From sequence record PQ330092.1: DNA of 64,000 bases; one strand, given 5' to 3'. A program made the translations under genes and the position numbers. Position 1 is the first letter of the stretch. Each line of letters opens with the position of its first letter. Shown in pieces: positions 57,658-64,000 of this stretch. The notes below the pieces were generated by a model. That model worked only from the letters and a program-made list of their open reading frames with translations. It ran no database searches and was not told the origin of the DNA.

Positions 57658-59001
57658 TTATTTGTCAGTGAAAGTTATTTTCCAATATCCCTGACGATAC
57701 ACTGGCATGATACTTTTATGCCATTTAAATTTGTCATTATATCTATAATAACCATTGTCTTCTTTATTATAAATGTAATTTCGTACAGTAGATGGATCAA
57801 TTAATTGTGCACCGTCATTTGTAATTTTAAACAAATAATTTGATGGGATTTCGGTTTCTTTATAAATGATGTTATGTATACTGTTATTTACATAATATTG
57901 TTCAGGTAATGCACTTGAAAGTACTGAATCTTTCTGCACAAACCCATGTATAGTGTAATCAACAGTATAATTGGTATTATCAAGCTGTACTATAATTTTG
58001 TTGGCATCTTCATTTTCACCATACGACGCTATATGACCTTTTAGTGGGTTGTCTTCTTCAATAGATTGTTGAAATTTAATCCCTACTTTTTTGTCATCAA
58101 AATTTGGTTCTAGATATTTAAGATATTTTTCCCATGAATATATTCCACCGTTGGGAGAAACCGCAGATAGCGATTGGCTAACCAAGGTAAGTTGGTATGT
58201 ATCAGGTAAATTATACTTGGAATTAGTAATTTCTTCAACTTTAATGCATAAATTCTTGGGTGTAAAAACATCTGTTATTATATCTGAATAATTTCCCATT
58301 TCAAAATCAAATTCGTCACGAGCACCTTTAATATTTGTAGTAATCTGTTGGATTAATTTTGGTTTTTCAACAATAGCTGGTAAAGAAAACCATATTGTCG
58401 TTTCAAATGTTAAAACCATTATATCCAAATCTGGGTCAGTTCCTTGTGGAAAACCACGAGTAGAAAACTGACAATCTATTAGTTCAACATCACTAAGCGA
58501 TGTCCAATCTAACGGGTTATCAGATAATTGAAGTTGTATACTAGGTGCAAACAAAGTTGAGATTTGTTCGAATAATTCCATTTTAGTTTGAGTTTGAGTT
58601 ACCCAAATATTCAAATCAAACGTAAAAGTCCAAGGTACTGGGTTATGTCTTACAATTTTGTATTGTGTGTCAAGATCTTTTGTGTACTCATTAATAGCAG
58701 GGGACTTGTTAGAACCCATTACTATAGTTTCGTTGGCATTAGAACGAATATTTTTACGATCCAACTTTAGTTGATTAACACTTATGGTCATTATAGGTGC
58801 TGATGGGAGAACATTTTCACTATTCCCATTTATAATTGCTGCTGCCATTCTTGAAATATCGGCATAGCGACATGGAACCTTTTTGTATTTTGGGTTTCCA
58901 TTAGCATCAATACCATTTTGTACTTGAAATTCACCAAAAACTCTGATAAGATGTTTCAGTACTCTGCGAAATTGACCGTCATAATAATAATCTATTTTCA
59001 T
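57658..59001 (-). CDS. tail sheath stabiliser / tail terminator, T4 gp15-like, C-terminally extended
   Basis: YYYDGQFRR...FGEFQV; PVPWTFTFDL; LFEQI..LF.P. Confidence 0.75.
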   Translation of the reverse strand: MKIDYYYDGQFRRVLKHLIRVFGEFQVQNGIDANGNPKYKKVPCRYADISRMAAAIINGNSENVLPSAPIMTISVNQLKLDRKNIRSNANETIVMGSNKSPAINEYTKDLDTQYKIVRHNPVPWTFTFDLNIWVTQTQTKMELFEQISTLFAPSIQLQLSDNPLDWTSLSDVELIDCQFSTRGFPQGTDPDLDIMVLTFETTIWFSLPAIVEKPKLIQQITTNIKGARDEFDFEMGNYSDIITDVFTPKNLCIKVEEITNSKYNLPDTYQLTLVSQSLSAVSPNGGIYSWEKYLKYLEPNFDDKKVGIKFQQSIEEDNPLKGHIASYGENEDANKIIVQLDNTNYTVDYTIHGFVQKDSVLSSALPEQYYVNNSIHNIIYKETEIPSNYLFKITNDGAQLIDPSTVRNYIYNKEDNGYYRYNDKFKWHKSIMPVYRQGYWKITFTDK

Positions 59002-60503
59002 TCTGTGTCCTTATGTATGCGATAAACAGTATTAGGTTTAACTGCGTCATGTAATGGAACTTTGTTATCACTATTTACAAACTGTGTAAGTGCTAAGTCT
59101 GCACCTTCCCACGGTTTTCTTCCACCATAATCAAAAATAACCCATGAATTCTTAGTTGCATTGAATTCCCATAACGTAACTGGAGTATAATCGGTGCGAT
59201 AGAAATAGTCACCATCTACTGCATCAGTTGGGAACATATTTCCTTCAGGGACTGTACCTCGTGCTGGTGGAATTTTAGGACGATAATCTTGTTGCGAATC
59301 AATATTACCATATACACAATTGGACGTGAATGGTTCATTGACATAAGTTACCTTTGGTTCCCCCCACTTGTCATCATTATACTGATAAATGTGTGGTTCT
59401 TTATAAAAAATACAAAAATCTTCCACATCTTCTGGTGGAACATCACTGGTAGTATATTCTACATCACAATTTAACCATTTTTTAGCACTTTTATCATATT
59501 GATACAACGTATAACCTGTCACATCTGCGTCATTTTCTTTAAAGAAGAAGTCACCATCCATTGGTTTTCTGGGAAAGATGGTTCCACGCTTGACTTCCAC
59601 AGAAATCCATGTATCATTAACAAACTCTTTGAGTACTGGGTATGTTTTTTTCAAAAAATACATTCCATCGGCAGGTTCTTCTGGAAAATCATAACCGTTA
59701 AGCATATATTTTGATAAATCTACTGTATCAGGTCGATCATCATACAAATGTTCATTTGTATAATGAATATAGGGTACTTCATCATCAGCTTGCATGATGA
59801 TACGGTTCATGATATCCATTTCATTGCCATAGTTACTGTTTTCCGACGAACCATCATCGGTATTTCCATTACCATTATTAGGGTCATCTGGATTATCAGG
59901 ATAATTATTGTTACCGAGTAAATCGGAGTACTCAGGTGAGTCGGTTAGCGGTTTAACTCTAAGTTTATAAATGTGATGTTGCCACGTAACCGAGTATCCC
60001 TCAGATGTACGAAATGCATCTTGGACGACATAGAAGCGGTTTAGACCTGTATCTTTACCCAATACATCAAAATCACGTAAATTTGGTAGTTCTATCACAT
60101 CCCCTGGCATGATTTTTCTACCTAAACGCTGCATCATTGTATTATAATGGATTGTGATGTCCATAGTGTTGAAATTAAAGAACAATCCTGGGATTTTCAA
60201 GTCTGGAGTTGCTTCTTGAACTTGATAGACACAACTAAGTGTGATAGCTTCAAGGTTGTAGTTTCTGTTTGGTGTGTCACCAAAAATTAAATCGCCAATA
60301 CTTGACACAACTGATCCTGAAGATGTATAATCACCTCCATAGGATAAGTCAGTGTTGTCAGCAACTTGTTTTGGACCGACATATGCATAAAGCCACATGT
60401 CAACTCCACCAATGTTGTATTGTTCAGCAATGGCAGAATCAATGAACTTGTAATCATTGGTTCTACCTTTTTTCCACATTCTATATGTCATGATTGTCTC
60501 CAA
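58998..60503 (-). CDS. neck protein, T4 gp14-like, with repeated C-terminal modules
   Basis: EQYNIGGVDM; FFNF..M...LGRKIMPGDVIELP; YKL.VKP; TAAATA on minus strand at 60523-60528. Confidence 0.7.
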   Translation of the reverse strand: METIMTYRMWKKGRTNDYKFIDSAIAEQYNIGGVDMWLYAYVGPKQVADNTDLSYGGDYTSSGSVVSSIGDLIFGDTPNRNYNLEAITLSCVYQVQEATPDLKIPGLFFNFNTMDITIHYNTMMQRLGRKIMPGDVIELPNLRDFDVLGKDTGLNRFYVVQDAFRTSEGYSVTWQHHIYKLRVKPLTDSPEYSDLLGNNNYPDNPDDPNNGNGNTDDGSSENSNYGNEMDIMNRIIMQADDEVPYIHYTNEHLYDDRPDTVDLSKYMLNGYDFPEEPADGMYFLKKTYPVLKEFVNDTWISVEVKRGTIFPRKPMDGDFFFKENDADVTGYTLYQYDKSAKKWLNCDVEYTTSDVPPEDVEDFCIFYKEPHIYQYNDDKWGEPKVTYVNEPFTSNCVYGNIDSQQDYRPKIPPARGTVPEGNMFPTDAVDGDYFYRTDYTPVTLWEFNATKNSWVIFDYGGRKPWEGADLALTQFVNSDNKVPLHDAVKPNTVYRIHKDTE

Positions 60504-60533
60504 AATAAATCGGGTATATCTTTATTTACCTTG

Positions 60534-60561
60534 TAGACAAACCGTAAGAATGTGATATAAT
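60534..60561 (+). promoter_or_regulatory. promoter TAGACA-N16-TATAAT
   Basis: TAGACA 60534-60539; TGTGA-TATAAT ending 60561. Confidence 0.7.
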
Positions 60562-60601
60562 GTTTATTAATTAGAGTGACGTGAATCACATAGGAGAATA
60601 C

Positions 60602-62890
60602 ATGAATCTTACTCAATTGTTCAAAAAAAGCGACGAACTGGCAACATCTCTAGGTCATACATTCTTGACTATTGACCACGTAAGTGCCACAGTACTGACT
60701 ATTGATAGCATCAAGAACGTATTTGAAGATATGAACATTGATGCAGACAAACTGCACAACCGCCTGATGAACTATCTTAAAAATACAACAGTTCCACATG
60801 CACCAAAAAGTGTTAAAGATGAAGACGCGAATCGCACTTCACTTCTAGTGAATCGCGTTGTACATGAGCTTTCTAAAAAATCAGTTATTGAACAACTAAA
60901 AAGTGATGATTTTTCGATTGATGCATATTTTGTTCTATTCGAATGTCTGTCTTTCCCTAACACAGCACTAGAAGCTGCGTTAAAAGAAGAAGGTGTTAGC
61001 TGTACTGAAGCTGCACGTGCATTACAGAAACACGTTGAGTTACTTGATAAGGGTATCAACTTACAAAGTATTAATGACGAACCGATTGGAGATAAAAAAG
61101 TGGCCCAACAGCAGCAATCATCTAAACAAAAAGGTTTGGAAGACTATACAACGAATCTAACTGCTCTTGCAAAAGAAGGCAAACTAGATCCTATGATTGG
61201 TCGCCAGAAAGAATTGTCTGCATTGATTGAGACTCTTGCTCGCAAAACCAAAAAGAATGCTATTCTCACTGGTGAAGCTGGTGTAGGTAAAACACAAATC
61301 ATCGACGGGCTTGCACAAGCTATTGCTGATGGTAACGTACCTGAACACCTGAAAGACGTTGAAATTCTTTCACTAAATGTTGGTGCATTGACTGCTGGTA
61401 CTAAGTATCGTGGTGAATTTGAAGAACGCATCGACAATTTGCTAAAAGAACTAAAGAAACGTGAAAATACTATTGTTTTCATTGATGAAATTCATATTAT
61501 GGTTGGGGCTGGTTCCGCAAGTAATGGTTCTATGGACATGAGCAATATGCTTAAGCCAGCACTTTCACGTGGTGAGATTCGTGTAATTGGTGCAACAACA
61601 TATGATGAATATCGTAAAAATATCGAGAAAGATAGTGCATTAACTCGTCGTTTTATGAAAATTGACGTAGTTGAGCCGACAATTGATGAAACTCGTGCAA
61701 TTGTTAATGGTTTGAAACCAACGTATGAAAAATTCCATAATGTTGAGTTCACATCTGATGCAATGGATGCTGTAATTTCTCTCAGTGATAAATTCCTGAA
61801 GAATAAGCACTTCCCAGATAAAGCAATTGATCTAATGGATGCTGCTGCGGCTAAAGTTCGTTCACGTGACAACAATAGTAAGCTTATTACTGCCAATTTG
61901 ATTCAAGAAGTTGTTGCTGGTATTGCCAATTTGGATATCAACGTGGTTGCATGTACTGAAAGTGATCGTATGCGTAATCTACCAGATGCACTACGCTCAC
62001 GTGTATACGGTCAAGAGGAAGCTATTCAAAAATTAGTTGATAACGTGATGGTAGCTCGTGCAGGACTGCGTGACAAATCTAGTGTTCAGGGTGCATTTAT
62101 GTTTGTTGGACCATCTGGTACTGGTAAAACAGAAATTACCAAAGCATTAGCAGACGCAACTGGTGCGGAACTCATTCGCTTTGATATGTCAGAATTTTCT
62201 CAAGAACATACTGTTTCTAAACTAATTGGTTCACCTCCAGGTTATGTTGGTCATGATTCTGGTAACGGTTTACTGTTGGATAAAATTGAGCAGTTCCCTA
62301 ATGCAGTACTGTTACTTGATGAAATTGAAAAAGCAGATCGTAAAGTACTACTAACCTTCCTACAGGTTTTGGATGAAGGTCGTCTGACTGGTTCTCAAGG
62401 TAAAACTGTATATTTTAATAACGTAACTGTTATTATGACTACAAACCTTGGTGCGGCTGATTCAACAAAGCGTAGCATTGGTATGAGCGGTAGTGACACT
62501 GCACAGGACAAGGCAATTAAAGCATTCTTGCCACCAGAGTTTATTAACCGTATTGATAGTATCGTTACGTTTAAAGACCTAAGCAGTGAAGCTATTGACA
62601 GCATCATTGATAAGTTCATGGGTGGTTTGAATGAACAAGTCAAAGACCGTAATGTTAAAGTTACATTAACAAAAGCTGCACGTGAATGGCTTGCGAAAAA
62701 TGGGGTAAAAGTTGGTATGGGTGCACGTCCAATGAAACGTACCATTGAACAAAACATTCGTGTGCCACTAGCTAAAGAAATGTTGTGTGGTTCACTTGTG
62801 AATGGTGGTAACATTACATTTGATGTTATTGATGGTAAAATCGGTATTAAGCCGAAACGTACCAAAGCTGTAGATAAAGCACTAGTATAA
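60602..62890 (+). CDS. clpA: ClpA-like two-ring AAA+ ATPase
   Basis: [37 protein letters not shown]; no ClpB middle domain; SIGM loop; AGGAG SD before ATG 60602. Confidence 0.9.
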   Translation: MNLTQLFKKSDELATSLGHTFLTIDHVSATVLTIDSIKNVFEDMNIDADKLHNRLMNYLKNTTVPHAPKSVKDEDANRTSLLVNRVVHELSKKSVIEQLKSDDFSIDAYFVLFECLSFPNTALEAALKEEGVSCTEAARALQKHVELLDKGINLQSINDEPIGDKKVAQQQQSSKQKGLEDYTTNLTALAKEGKLDPMIGRQKELSALIETLARKTKKNAILTGEAGVGKTQIIDGLAQAIADGNVPEHLKDVEILSLNVGALTAGTKYRGEFEERIDNLLKELKKRENTIVFIDEIHIMVGAGSASNGSMDMSNMLKPALSRGEIRVIGATTYDEYRKNIEKDSALTRRFMKIDVVEPTIDETRAIVNGLKPTYEKFHNVEFTSDAMDAVISLSDKFLKNKHFPDKAIDLMDAAAAKVRSRDNNSKLITANLIQEVVAGIANLDINVVACTESDRMRNLPDALRSRVYGQEEAIQKLVDNVMVARAGLRDKSSVQGAFMFVGPSGTGKTEITKALADATGAELIRFDMSEFSQEHTVSKLIGSPPGYVGHDSGNGLLLDKIEQFPNAVLLLDEIEKADRKVLLTFLQVLDEGRLTGSQGKTVYFNNVTVIMTTNLGAADSTKRSIGMSGSDTAQDKAIKAFLPPEFINRIDSIVTFKDLSSEAIDSIIDKFMGGLNEQVKDRNVKVTLTKAAREWLAKNGVKVGMGARPMKRTIEQNIRVPLAKEMLCGSLVNGGNITFDVIDGKIGIKPKRTKAVDKALV

Positions 62891-62926
62891 AAAAAGAAAA
62901 GGAGAGCATTATGCTCTCCTTTTTTT
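62889..62926. terminator. bidirectional terminator
   Basis: A-tract, ggagagca...tgctctcc, T-tract. Confidence 0.9.
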
Positions 62927-62927
62927 A

Positions 62928-63998
62928 TTACTTAACTAATAATATATTTTTAATATCATTACCACTAACTTGTAGACTATCAGTGTATACTGAAAGATCT
63001 ATAGTGTAACTATTTTGTGTGTAACGTTTTAACATATCATAATTACCTAAATTAATTCCATTGAAAGAATATGTAGTATTAAGTTTAAAATCATGTTCTG
63101 CACTATACATTACACCACGGAGTAAATTATTTGCATTTCTAACTTCAACTTTTTCATATCCAATCGATATAATATCATTCATGTTTGCGGCTGAACCGGA
63201 TAAAACATTATTTCTAATACTATAAGGACTTATTGATTTAGGTTGAGAAACATAGGTTGTATTTTCTTCACTAATGGTTGTGATGTTAGTAACAGTACCA
63301 CCAACAACACCGATATACATACCGTCAACCATTGGGAATCCATAAACCCATATCCCTTCATTATTTCTAAACGGTTGAATAACACTTGAATCATATTCGA
63401 TAACGTTGATTTCTAAACTATCAGTCATTTTAGTTCTTGCCAATTCACTAAGAACTCCCGCACCCGTAATTGGTAAGTTATAACCGTTATCGATAGTAAT
63501 TCCATCAACATCAAATATTTCATTAGAGATTATCCAAACGTCAACGTCATCTGGTGTTATTCCGTCATTGTACTTACCACCATTTAAAGTAGTATCGTAG
63601 AAAACATCATAATTAATTACATCAATGGTGTAATTTCTATTTTGTTCATACAATTTAATACCATTCTTGACAAATTCAGGGTCAGCAAATGTTCTAACAC
63701 GAACAATGTTCAATGCTAGAGGCTGTACTGGCTCATTTTGTTGTGCAAGAGTGATGTTATCATAACGGAGAACTGCACCAGTACTCTCATCAATCAATTC
63801 AATCGTTTCCTTACCTGTATTTCTTACAGTGAATAGGATCGGAGTTGTATTGTTTTTGATGTTAGATACACGCAAGATTGTTTCCCATGTGTGATTTTGA
63901 TATCTCACAAAATCTTCACCATCAGGAGTGAAAATCATCACCTTATCACCATCAGATAGGTCATTGTCAACTATTTCTGCTTCAGTTAAGCTATTAAT
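62928..63998 (-). CDS. C-terminal part of a probable structural protein; begins beyond the window edge
   Basis: Frame stays open to the window edge (INSLTEAEIVDNDLSDGDKVMIF...). Confidence 0.65.
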   Translation of the reverse strand: MNSLTEAEIVDNDLSDGDKVMIFTPDGEDFVRYQNHTWETILRVSNIKNNTTPILFTVRNTGKETIELIDESTGAVLRYDNITLAQQNEPVQPLALNIVRVRTFADPEFVKNGIKLYEQNRNYTIDVINYDVFYDTTLNGGKYNDGITPDDVDVWIISNEIFDVDGITIDNGYNLPITGAGVLSELARTKMTDSLEINVIEYDSSVIQPFRNNEGIWVYGFPMVDGMYIGVVGGTVTNITTISEENTTYVSQPKSISPYSIRNNVLSGSAANMNDIISIGYEKVEVRNANNLLRGVMYSAEHDFKLNTTYSFNGINLGNYDMLKRYTQNSYTIDLSVYTDSLQVSGNDIKNILLVK

Positions 63999-64000
63999 AG

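Overview
AT-rich (roughly one-third G+C by eye), densely coding segment of a large T4-superfamily myophage. The gene set (T4-like neck gp13/gp14/gp15, sheath, several tube paralogues, gp4, dNMP kinase, thymidylate synthase, ClpA-like ATPase, CCA enzyme, MoxR-type AAA plus vWA/peptidase pair, giant repetitive fibre) best fits the Rak2-like jumbo phages of enterobacteria; that assignment is recall of gene content, not a database result. Positions 1-42.7 kb are almost all on the + strand, with accessory and structural operons interleaved. 42.7-54.8 kb is a minus-strand fibre/tailspike cluster, followed by more baseplate/neck genes and clpA. No tRNA, rRNA, CRISPR array or integrase was recognised. 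Main leads: (1) a ~500-nt, ORF-poor, heavily base-paired unit at 10.1-10.6 kb with its own promoter and terminator, a candidate large ncRNA or transcription-primed origin; (2) an acyl-carrier-protein look-alike whose phosphopantetheine Ser is Trp; (3) about five-fold over-representation of the palindrome AGTACT; (4) a late-expressed GH8/BcsZ-like 929-aa protein; (5) a tailspike apparently missing its catalytic body; (6) four genes split by single extra bases, most likely sequencing errors but testable.
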